Assembly (NCBI GenBank): GCA_965203055.1
Contig: OZ241863.1
Span: 192,001-256,000 of the forward strand
DNA from: Spirochaetia bacterium
GTDB taxonomy: Bacteria > Spirochaetota > Spirochaetia > SZUA-6 > Bin103
Direction: 5' to 3'
Length of the DNA: 64,000 nucleotides
Position numbers and translations under genes: made by a program. Positions 40,083-48,177 of this stretch are shown here, in pieces (the first letter of the stretch is position 1; every line of letters starts with the position of its first letter). Under the pieces are notes generated by a model. That model was not told the DNA's origin. It ran no database searches and worked only from the letters and a program-made list of their open reading frames with translations.

Positions 40083-40112
40083 TTGACGTTTTATTGGAGA
40101 TTATGCTATCTT
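40083..40112 (+). promoter_or_regulatory. Putative sigma-70 promoter of the AAA-RloB operon
   Basis: TTGACG ... TGcTATCTT (extended -10) in an AT-rich intergenic stretch. Confidence 0.5.
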
Positions 40113-40167
40113 TCTACATTATCCGTTATTTCTTGACTGACCATATGCCGAGATAACAGGAATTCTC

Positions 40168-41415
40168 GTGTTATTGCGTTTCAGCGTCTCCAATCACCTT
40201 TCACTTCGAGATTCGCAGGAACTGCTGCTCACGACGTCATCACTGAAGGACAGGACCGAGGGCTTGATCGACTGCGCAGCCGCGCCGAGCGGATCGCTCT
40301 TGCCCGCCGTGGTAGTCTTCGGCGCCAACGCGTCGGGCAAGAGCAATCTCGTCCATGCGCTCAGGGCTATGCGGCGAATGGTCCTGTTCTCTCATACTCA
40401 CGGAGATGCGAGTGGCGGGGTGCCGCGCCATGCCTTCAGACTGGACGCCTCCTACTCCGACAAGCCAAGCCGCTTCGAGATTGATTTCGTCCATCAAGGC
40501 GTGCGCTATCACTATGGGTTCGAAGTGGACGACGCAGCATTCTTGTCGGAGTGGCTATACGCCATTCCCAAGTCACACCGCCGCCTCATGTTCGAACGTG
40601 AAGGTAACGATTTTCGCTTCGGGCGCGAGCTAAAGGGACGAAACAATACCATCGCAGAATTGACTAGATCGAATAGCTTGTATCTATCGGCCGCCACACA
40701 AAACAGCCATGAACAAATCTCAAGTCTGTACGACTACCTCAGAGATATGAGCTGTTATATGAACATTGGCACAAGTAATGAATATTGGGTGAGACACAAG
40801 GAAATAGATACCCGAGTGATTGAGTTTCTTGGAAGACTTGACACTGGAATATGTGATTACCGGCGTCGTGAAATTGATCTTACTGATGAATCAAGAGCGA
40901 CGCTTAGAGAAGTAATGGAGAGATTGACAAATGCTGCGGTAGACTTGACCTCGGGCAAGCAGGTCACCGTCGAACTTGCTCACCAGAGCAGAGACGGAGA
41001 GCCCGTCTACCTTGATTTTGGTATGGAAAGCTCGGGCACTCGGCGACTGCTGGTGATGTTGAGTCTAGCGTACCGTGCGCTCGACGCCGGAACGCCTCTA
41101 GTGATCGACGAACTCGACGTGAGTTTGCACACTCTGGCCGGGGCAGCGGTCCTGCAGTTGTTCAGCTCACCGGAGACGAATCCCAAAGGTGCGCAGCTTG
41201 TTGCAACGGTCCATGACACTAACCTGATGGGCTGGTCTGGACTGCGGCGCGATCAGATCTGGTTCACCGAAAAGGACGAGGACGGAGCGACGCTGCTCTA
41301 TCCGCTGACCGACATTCGGACGCGCCGGAGCGATGACCTGGAGAAGGGGTACCTGCAGGGCCGCTACGGCGCAGTACCCTTCGACGACCCGATTTCCGCA
41401 CTTGGCTCGAACTAG
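40168..41415 (+). CDS. AAA_21/ABC-type ATPase (RloA/AbiLi-like)
   Basis: GANASGKSN, ESSGT, IDELDVSLH, RRDQIWF.EK, YLQGRYGAVP. Confidence 0.9.
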   Translation: MLLRFSVSNHLSLRDSQELLLTTSSLKDRTEGLIDCAAAPSGSLLPAVVVFGANASGKSNLVHALRAMRRMVLFSHTHGDASGGVPRHAFRLDASYSDKPSRFEIDFVHQGVRYHYGFEVDDAAFLSEWLYAIPKSHRRLMFEREGNDFRFGRELKGRNNTIAELTRSNSLYLSAATQNSHEQISSLYDYLRDMSCYMNIGTSNEYWVRHKEIDTRVIEFLGRLDTGICDYRRREIDLTDESRATLREVMERLTNAAVDLTSGKQVTVELAHQSRDGEPVYLDFGMESSGTRRLLVMLSLAYRALDAGTPLVIDELDVSLHTLAGAAVLQLFSSPETNPKGAQLVATVHDTNLMGWSGLRRDQIWFTEKDEDGATLLYPLTDIRTRRSDDLEKGYLQGRYGAVPFDDPISALGSN

Positions 41416-42058
41416 ACGCAAACGGGGCGTTCCTTCCCTCGGTCGGCGCAAAGCTCAGCAAGGATCGAAATGGCGATTCGTGTTGTACTGTGAAGGCAGT
41501 AATACGGAATCATCCTATTTCAACGCCTTCAAGGAAACCTGTAAGAACACGCTTATCGGAGTGGAGGTTATTCCCGCAGCGGGGGTTCCCTACACGATTG
41601 CGAACAAAGCTGTGGAACGAGTCCGATCTCAGCGGCTCGGTGGCCGCAGAAACTCGTTCGAAAAGAACCAGGTTTGGGCGGTATTCGACCGCGATGAGCA
41701 TCCTCAATTTGAGGATGCTGTCGCGCTGTGCAGAAGTAACGGTGTCTGTGTCGGTCGTTCCAATCCATGTTTCGAGCTGTGGCTGATCCTGCATGAAAGG
41801 GATCACAATAGGTATGAGACACGTCACCGAATGCAGTCGATACTCAGTAATCTACGCCCCGAGTATGACAAGAGGCGGGGGAAGACTCCTGATTGCGAAG
41901 AAATGATCAGCCGAGTTGAGGATGCCGAACAGCGCGCCGAGCAACTATTGCTCCGCCGCCAGGAGGAGGGCAAGCCATACGGTAATCCCTCCACTACGGT
42001 CGGCCGGCTTACGCGCGCGATACGAACTGCTGACAATCGCGTGCGGGCACGGACCTGA
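41402..42058 (+). CDS. RloB family (Toprim-like) protein
   Basis: CEG..TE..YF, VFDRDEH, SNPCFELWLILH, NPST; TTG start is inferred. Confidence 0.88.
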   Translation: MARTRRKRGVPSLGRRKAQQGSKWRFVLYCEGSNTESSYFNAFKETCKNTLIGVEVIPAAGVPYTIANKAVERVRSQRLGGRRNSFEKNQVWAVFDRDEHPQFEDAVALCRSNGVCVGRSNPCFELWLILHERDHNRYETRHRMQSILSNLRPEYDKRRGKTPDCEEMISRVEDAEQRAEQLLLRRQEEGKPYGNPSTTVGRLTRAIRTADNRVRART

Positions 42059-42113
42059 CGCTACGGACTCCGCCGGTTAGCGTTCTCCGGGGCGTGTAGA
42101 GTGCTTAGCTAGC

Positions 42114-42494
42114 TTAGCCGACGGGCTCCAGCCATTCGGTGGCCTCGCCCAGGTTGATCGCCAGATGGGTCATGGGGCCGTCCACGGTCGCGCCGTGCCA
42201 ATGTTTCTCGCCGCCCTCGAAGCGGACGATGTCGCCGGCCGCGGCCACCACCGGCGGCTCGCCCCACACCTGCGCCGTGCAGCGCCCGGTCACGATGAAC
42301 AGCAGTTGCACGTCGCTATGGGTGTGCCAGTGGGTGGCGGCGCCGGCCGCGAACGACACGCGGTATACCCGGCCGCGGGCGGCAGGATCGGCAGCCAGGA
42401 AGCGCTGCAGGGTGGCGCCGCCCGTAAAGTGCTCCGTTTCCGCCAGCTCGACGGTGCGCCCGGCGGCGACAAGCAGTTCCATGCCGCGCAGCAT
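42114..42494 (-). CDS. Cupin domain protein
   Basis: THWHTH...Q, GD, EKHWHGA. Confidence 0.88.
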   Translation of the reverse strand: MLRGMELLVAAGRTVELAETEHFTGGATLQRFLAADPAARGRVYRVSFAAGAATHWHTHSDVQLLFIVTGRCTAQVWGEPPVVAAAGDIVRFEGGEKHWHGATVDGPMTHLAINLGEATEWLEPVG

Positions 42495-42526
42495 AGCAGA
42501 TCTGCCGCGCCGTCCGCAAGATCAAC

Positions 42527-42562
42527 GTAGGTAAGTAGGTAGGTAGGTAGATAGGTAGGTAG
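42527..42562. repeat. (GTAG)9 imperfect tetranucleotide tandem repeat
   Basis: gtag gtaa gtag gtag gtag gtag atag gtag gtag, abutting the element's left end. Confidence 0.9.
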
Positions 42563-42657
42563 GGGGCGCATTTCCAAATGTAGGTACGCGTCAGGCCGCT
42601 TGGCGGCCAAGCTCCGTCCTAGTCCCAGTGTAAGATGACGTTTCTCGGCGATCTTGA

Positions 42658-44004
42658 TCACCGGTCTACCGGCACCTCACGATCCTCGCCGGGGCGCCCA
42701 AATCCGGCGCCGACGTGGCGGTAGCGGTGATGGGCGGCGCACAGCAGGCGGAGATTGTTCGGCTCGGCGGCGCCGCCGCGGGCATACGGCACCACGTGAT
42801 CGATCTGCAGCAGGTGTTGCGAGCCGCAGCGGCGCCCGCTGGTGCGGTCCACGTAGCGGCAGCGGCCCCGGTCGCGCCGCCACACCTCGCGCTTGACCGC
42901 CGCCGGGATGGCGCGGCCGGTCGCGCCGCCGGCCTTCGCTGGCGAAGTTTCGGTCCGCGCCGCCGTCGCAGCCGGCCGGCCGAGGCGCCGCGTCTTCGGC
43001 GCCGAAGTGGTGTCGGTCGCCGGCTTCGCTGCCGAACTGTCCGGGCGGTCAGCGGCTTGGTCTCCCGGCTGCGCCGGCGCCTGAGCCGATACCTTCGCCG
43101 CCGAAGGAGCGGCGCTGTCCGCGCCGGCCTCCTGCTTCGCTGCCGAAGCGGCGCCGCAAGCCGAGGCCGCCTGCGTCTTCGGCGCCGAAGTCTGCTCGGC
43201 GCCTTTGGCCGGCGCGGTGCGCCGCCCGCGCGGCGGCCGGGCCGGATCGTGACGGTCGAGCCCTTCCCGCACCAGCCGCCCCATGAGCTGCCCCATCGTC
43301 ATGCGTGGTTCGACGTGGGACAGGAGGCCCTTGATCTGCTCCAAGCCGCGCCGGCACTCATCGTCGATCACCGCCTTGAGTTCCCAGCGCCCGCCGCCCA
43401 GGGGCCGCACCCGATCAGCCGGCGCCGCCAGCTCCGGGTCCACCTCGGCCAGCAACTGCATCACCTCCCGGCTGCTCTTGCCGGACGCCCGCTCCACCAG
43501 CTCCCGCCGCGCCTCCGAGTCCAGCACCGGCTCCGGCGCCGACACCGGCTTCCGCTCCGCCGGCCGCGGCGGCGCCGAGCCCTCCTGCGACTGAGCGGCA
43601 GCCCCGAACCCGGTCCCGCCCGGCGCGCTACGCGCCGCCCGCTCCTTCTTGCGCTCCTGCCGGTCGAAGGCGTTCTGCAACTGCGCGGCCGCGTTCAGCG
43701 TCATCGTGCCACTCTGCAGGCGTTCGCGCACGCCCTCGACGTCAGCGCAGAGCCGCATCGCCTTGATGCGCCGCCACGCCGCGGCGTCGCTGTAACCCAG
43801 TTCGCGCACCGCGTAATCGAACAGGCTCGAGAACCCGCGGCGCAGATACAGGCGGCGCTTCTGAATCTCGCGCAGGTGGTCGATCACGACTACTTCAAGA
43901 TGGTGTTCGATGCCGGAAAGTTCCTTGGTCCGCTCCAGCAAGCGGTCGTCTGAGAGGGCGGATACGGTAGTGGTGACGGCCCCGTCTGGAGCATGTTTGT
44001 TCAT
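42658..44004 (-). CDS. HNH endonuclease with N-terminal helical domain and low-complexity linker
   Basis: VWRRDRGRC...C.S...LQIDHVVP...GG...NL.LLC..HH; N-terminal GFSSLFDYAVRELGYSD.AAWRR. Confidence 0.92.
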   Translation of the reverse strand: MNKHAPDGAVTTTVSALSDDRLLERTKELSGIEHHLEVVVIDHLREIQKRRLYLRRGFSSLFDYAVRELGYSDAAAWRRIKAMRLCADVEGVRERLQSGTMTLNAAAQLQNAFDRQERKKERAARSAPGGTGFGAAAQSQEGSAPPRPAERKPVSAPEPVLDSEARRELVERASGKSSREVMQLLAEVDPELAAPADRVRPLGGGRWELKAVIDDECRRGLEQIKGLLSHVEPRMTMGQLMGRLVREGLDRHDPARPPRGRRTAPAKGAEQTSAPKTQAASACGAASAAKQEAGADSAAPSAAKVSAQAPAQPGDQAADRPDSSAAKPATDTTSAPKTRRLGRPAATAARTETSPAKAGGATGRAIPAAVKREVWRRDRGRCRYVDRTSGRRCGSQHLLQIDHVVPYARGGAAEPNNLRLLCAAHHRYRHVGAGFGRPGEDREVPVDR

Positions 44005-44010
44005 GACATA

Positions 44011-44039
44011 AGTACAATCATGGAAACTACTTGAGTCAA
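44011..44039 (-). promoter_or_regulatory. Promoter of HNH copy 2, -10 variant TGTACT
   Basis: TTGACT-17 nt-TGTACT-6 nt-ATG, with the same -35 palindrome as copy 1. Confidence 0.6.
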
Positions 44040-44126
44040 GTTATTCGGCCCGGAAGATGCCACCTGAGGGCGTGACTCGGCGGGCATTCCAAGCGGCTGC
44101 CGAGACGAGAATGTCGCCGGCGTCGA

Positions 44127-44248
44127 GCGGCAGGGTTTCTTCTTACGGCCCCAGGCGGCCTCGTCGATGGAATGTCGCTCCAGCCGCAGGCGTCGAGCGT
44201 GGCGCGGTACTTGTAGTACGCCTGTCCGGCGGCTTCGAGGGCGGGATC
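44127..44248 (-). pseudogene. Fragments of a type IIG R-M gene C-terminus
   Basis: Segments translate as DPALEAAGQAYYKYRA, LDACGWSDIP and IDEAAWGRKKKPCR. Confidence 0.65.
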
Positions 44249-44306
44249 GGGTACAACAAATTGGAAGTGCGCCCGTAGGTACCTGGGAAGTAGCACTCTC
44301 TCTTGG

Positions 44307-44561
44307 TCATGGATCGTCAGTATAGCCGTCCGGCGCCTCTACCGGGCGGGCGAAGTCTGGCCGCTCCTGTTCTTCGTCGAAGGCGTACCAGCCGTCGCGG
44401 GCGAGGACGGCCAAGCTGCCGTCCGGCAGCCGCACCATCAAGTCCCACTGCTCCGGCGGCAGGGGGACCCTCTTGATATGCTCCTTCATCTCCTTGATGG
44501 TGAGGGGGCGGCGGCGGCAGGGGCGTCCGTGGTAGTCGCTGTCTACGTTCTCGTCAGCCAT
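44307..44561 (-). CDS. Small hypothetical protein
   Basis: 84-aa ORF from ATG 44561 with normal amino-acid composition. Confidence 0.45.
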   Translation of the reverse strand: MADENVDSDYHGRPCRRRPLTIKEMKEHIKRVPLPPEQWDLMVRLPDGSLAVLARDGWYAFDEEQERPDFARPVEAPDGYTDDP

Positions 44562-44599
44562 CCGACCCGCTCGAACAGCATATATCGAACTGCAGCGCC

Positions 44600-44681
44600 A
44601 GGTACAGCAGAGAGGTCGCGGCAGCTCGACCGCCGGCTCCTCCAGGAGGTGGAGCTCGTCCCAACCGGCGTCCGGGCTCAT
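44600..44681 (-). pseudogene. Possible 5' stub of hsdR
   Basis: ATG overlaps the hsdS stop; WDELHLLEEPAVEL.RPL..TW resembles HsdR N-termini. Confidence 0.4.
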
Positions 44682-45937
44682 GCGGCTTCCGTATTCGGAG
44701 TGACGCGAAGTTCACCATCGAGAAGTAGGGGCATAAGGCCGCGCTTGGCCTCGGTCAATTTCGCCACGCGCTCCTGATTGACTTCAATGACGTGGTCTAC
44801 GCTGGATAGTACATGGACAATCTGCTCCTGCTCAGCAAGTGGAGGAACCAGCACGCCACAGGTGAGAAACTTGCTCTTGCTGACGATTGGCACCGCGGTC
44901 ATTCCCGCAAGGCCAACAAGTGTGCCGGATGCGAAAGACAAAGCATAGTAGAGATATTCTGACAAAACAGCGTCACCGGTTATGACGCTGTTGATCTGCT
45001 GATTCGTGCAGCATCTTTCTACGGCTATACCGACCTTACCAATGGTCCCGATGCACGTTACCATGACTGACCCCGGTGGTATTTCTCGCACCTGAGCAAG
45101 ACCATCTTCGGAAACATGGCGGCCGGTAGTGCTGACTCTCTTGGCTTTTCCAAGATCGGTTGGCGTAACGAAGGGAATCTCGCCGTTCCAGAAGGTATGA
45201 TTGCTAGTGCTCGGCGTACTTCCGGTTACTACCTCTCCAATCTCCGCAATGGTTTTACGATCCCAGCCGTCGGGAATATCACCTGCTTCTATCTGCTTGA
45301 ACCGCGTATGTCGTCCCGGCAGGCCGCGTGTCAGCATTACCTGCATCAGGCCGCGCTTGACGATCTGCGCTTGGTCGATGACCGCCTGGGTCTTCTCGAT
45401 GGCGTCGTCTATTGACGAAAGGATCGCGGCAATCTTGCGCTGTTCCGGGATTGAGGGAAGGGGTATCCTTACACGATTGATGTCAGCCGCACGTAAGCCG
45501 AATCGCGTAATGCCGTTTGCATACATCTGAAACTGCCGCTTGGCACTTTTCTCGCTGAGGGCATAGTGAAGAAACCGTCCGTCCAGATTGGCTTTCAGTG
45601 GACGAAGAATCGCAAGATGATATCCGCATACCAAGTTCGGTACTTCATCACCTACTACCGCGGGCACTCCGATATCGTCAGGGGTCTCTGAATCCTTCGT
45701 GATGATTACATCACCGACTCTCAATCGACAATTCTGAATCTCCCGTTCAGTAGCTGTCGCCTCCATATAGTCCATGTCAGCACGAATGACGTTGTGATTG
45801 TATACGTCGGAGTAGTTGCAGAGCCTTACAGAGCGCTCTCCGTCTACGGTCTTCTTGTCAACGCCGCTGAGACGCAGATCGACGACGTCAGCCAACGCAG
45901 TCCAAGGCCAACTCTCATTATCCTGGTTACCTCTCAC
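44678..45937 (-). CDS. hsdS: Type I R-M specificity subunit (orphan)
   Basis: Two TRDs with PSIPEQRKIAAILSSID and PPLAEQEQI..LSSVD conserved helices; KRGLM..LL.G; lower GC. Confidence 0.93.
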   Translation of the reverse strand: MRGNQDNESWPWTALADVVDLRLSGVDKKTVDGERSVRLCNYSDVYNHNVIRADMDYMEATATEREIQNCRLRVGDVIITKDSETPDDIGVPAVVGDEVPNLVCGYHLAILRPLKANLDGRFLHYALSEKSAKRQFQMYANGITRFGLRAADINRVRIPLPSIPEQRKIAAILSSIDDAIEKTQAVIDQAQIVKRGLMQVMLTRGLPGRHTRFKQIEAGDIPDGWDRKTIAEIGEVVTGSTPSTSNHTFWNGEIPFVTPTDLGKAKRVSTTGRHVSEDGLAQVREIPPGSVMVTCIGTIGKVGIAVERCCTNQQINSVITGDAVLSEYLYYALSFASGTLVGLAGMTAVPIVSKSKFLTCGVLVPPLAEQEQIVHVLSSVDHVIEVNQERVAKLTEAKRGLMPLLLDGELRVTPNTEAA

Positions 45938-46002
45938 GCTGACATAATACTATCGGCGCCATCAGTGGCAACTGCGGCTCCTGTCCATGCTTCGGGCGCG
46001 GT

Positions 46003-47256
46003 TCAGAATCGGTCGGCGCGGAACAGCTCCATGTCCAGGGAGGGTTTGCGGCCCAGGGCGAGGTCCGCCACCGCCTGGCCGCTGGCCGGTCCCAGCGACA
46101 TGCCGATCATGCCGTGGCCGGTGGCCAGCAGCAGGTTGTCGAGGCCGCGCGGGCGGCCCAGGATCGGCAGCGAGTCCGCTGACAGGGGGCGCATGCCGCG
46201 CCAGATTTCCAGCGTCTCCAACTCCTCCATGCCGGCGAGGTAGCGCGGCGGAGCGCGGCGGATGGCGGCCAGCCGGCGCGGGTTCACGCGGCGGTCGTTG
46301 CCGGCCAGTTCCAGGGTGCCGCCGATGCGCATGCGATCCGGGCCGAACGGGGTGAGCACCACCCGTTCCGCGTGAAAGTGGAGCGGGATTGGCGGACAGG
46401 CCGCCGGCCGGCGCACGGTGATGCTGTAGCCCTTGGCCGGCTGCACCGGCACCCGCAGCCCCACGCCGCGGCTCAGCTCCGGGCTCAGAAAGCCGGCAGC
46501 CAGCACGATCACGCGCGGGCGCAGGGTGCCGCGGCTGGTGCGCACCGCCGTCACCCGCCCCCCGCGGCGCTCCAGGGAGAACACGGCGGCCTGCTCGTGC
46601 ACGACGGCGCCGCGGCGGGCGGCGGCCGCGGCCAGCGCGCGCACGAAGGCGCCGGGGATGAGGCGCCCGTCCCGGCGGTAGTGCACCGCTCCCAGCACGT
46701 CCCGCTTCAGCCCGGGCAGCAGCGCGCCGAGCCGCTCCCGGTCCACCACTGCCAGGTCGATGCCCGCCTCCTGCTCGCGCCGCGCCGCGGCGACGGCCGC
46801 TTCCCACTCCGGTTCCTCGCGGTACAGGAACAGGCCGCCCTTGCGCTCGTAGTCCACCTCCGGCGGGAGCTCGGCGGCCAGCTCGGCGTACAGCTCCTGG
46901 CTGGCGCACTGCCAGCGGTACAGCACCGGCTCCGCCGCGGCGCAGCGCCGCGCCGCGCACGCCGCCCGGAAGCGCAGCAGCCAGCGCAGCAGGTCGAGGT
47001 CCCAGCGCGGCTTGACGTACAGCGGGCTCTCGCCATCGAGCAGCCAGCGCAGGCTGCCCCCGATCACCCCCGGTTCCGCCACCGGCCGCGAGTGGCTCGG
47101 TACCAGCAGGCCGATGTTGCCGTACGAGCTGGCCATGGGACCGCCTACCTGATGCTCCTCCAACACGGTGACCGCGGCCCCGGCCCGCGCCAGGTAGTAC
47201 GCGGTGCACGTGCCGATCACGCCGCCGCCGATCACCAGCACTTCCGCTTCGGACAT
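46003..47256 (-). CDS. D-amino acid dehydrogenase-like FAD oxidoreductase
   Basis: IGGGVIG, SYGN.G, PAKGYS, W.GMRP, ATGHGMIG. Confidence 0.9.
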   Translation of the reverse strand: MSEAEVLVIGGGVIGTCTAYYLARAGAAVTVLEEHQVGGPMASSYGNIGLLVPSHSRPVAEPGVIGGSLRWLLDGESPLYVKPRWDLDLLRWLLRFRAACAARRCAAAEPVLYRWQCASQELYAELAAELPPEVDYERKGGLFLYREEPEWEAAVAAARREQEAGIDLAVVDRERLGALLPGLKRDVLGAVHYRRDGRLIPGAFVRALAAAAARRGAVVHEQAAVFSLERRGGRVTAVRTSRGTLRPRVIVLAAGFLSPELSRGVGLRVPVQPAKGYSITVRRPAACPPIPLHFHAERVVLTPFGPDRMRIGGTLELAGNDRRVNPRRLAAIRRAPPRYLAGMEELETLEIWRGMRPLSADSLPILGRPRGLDNLLLATGHGMIGMSLGPASGQAVADLALGRKPSLDMELFRADRF

Positions 47257-47305
47257 CGTTCACCTCCTCCGCGCCGATGGTACTCGGTCAGCGCCCGCGC
47301 CGGCC

Positions 47306-48136
47306 ATGGAACTCCGCTACCGGCCGGGGCATACTGCGCCGGTGGAAACGTTGGCCGGGACCACCGACATCTACGGTGGCGTCATCATCGACCCGCAGCG
47401 CTTGCCCGGCGATGCGGCGCGCTTCCGGGAACGGCTCGCCGCTTCGGTCGCCGCCTGGCGGCGCGAGCGGCGGCGGCTGGTCTGGCTGGAGATACCGCAC
47501 GCCGCCGCCGCGCTGGTGCCGGTCGCCGCGGCGGCGGGGTTCTCGTTTCACCACGCGGAAGCGGGCAAGCTGATGATGACCCTGCCGTTGAGCGGCGACG
47601 CCTACATCCCCCACTACGCCACCCACAACATCGGCGCCGGCGGCGTGGTGATCGACGCCGGCCAGCGCCTGCTGGTGGTGAACGAACGCTATCGCAGAGA
47701 CCGCAGCAAGCCCTACTACAAGCTGCCGGGCGGCTTGCTCGACCCGCAGGAGGACCTGGCGGCGGCGGTGGAGCGCGAGGTGGCCGAGGAGACCGGCGTG
47801 CAGGCCGAGTTCCGGGGCGTGGTATGCCTCCGCCACCGCCACCAGTTCCGCTTCGGCCGCTCCGACTTCTACGTCGTGTGCCGCCTGCGCCCGCTCAGCA
47901 GCGCGCTGCGGCGCGATCCGCGGGAGATCGAGGAGTGCCGCTGGATGCCGGTCGCCGAGTACCTCGCCTCACCCTACGTGGGGCAGTTCAACCGCACGGT
48001 GGTGCGCCAGGCCCTGCAGGGACCGGCGCTCGCGCCGCTCGCCCTGGAGCAGCCGCAGGACTACGAGTTCTTCGCTCCCCAGGGACCACCGGGACCGCAG
48101 GAATCGCAGGGCGCGCCGGGCGCGGATTCGCATTGA
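47306..48136 (+). CDS. Nudix hydrolase with NUDT6-like N-terminal domain
   Basis: Nudix box GLLDPQEDLAAAVEREVAEETGV; IP.YATH.IGAGG; FGRSDFY. Confidence 0.88.
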   Translation: MELRYRPGHTAPVETLAGTTDIYGGVIIDPQRLPGDAARFRERLAASVAAWRRERRRLVWLEIPHAAAALVPVAAAAGFSFHHAEAGKLMMTLPLSGDAYIPHYATHNIGAGGVVIDAGQRLLVVNERYRRDRSKPYYKLPGGLLDPQEDLAAAVEREVAEETGVQAEFRGVVCLRHRHQFRFGRSDFYVVCRLRPLSSALRRDPREIEECRWMPVAEYLASPYVGQFNRTVVRQALQGPALAPLALEQPQDYEFFAPQGPPGPQESQGAPGADSH

Positions 48137-48177
48137 GCCCGCCCGCCGGACTTCCGGGGGCGCCAAAGGTCTCACGG

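Larger units (their letters stand above)
42564..44274 (-). mobile_element. TIR-bounded HNH-encoding element, copy 2
   Basis: TIRs at 42564-42587 and 44251-44274; GTAGG on both flanks (42559-42563 and 44275-44279). Confidence 0.78.

Noticed and set aside
42658..44004. HNH protein as IscB, Cas9 or TnpB
   Set aside because: No PLMP or RuvC motifs seen; HNH is C-terminal
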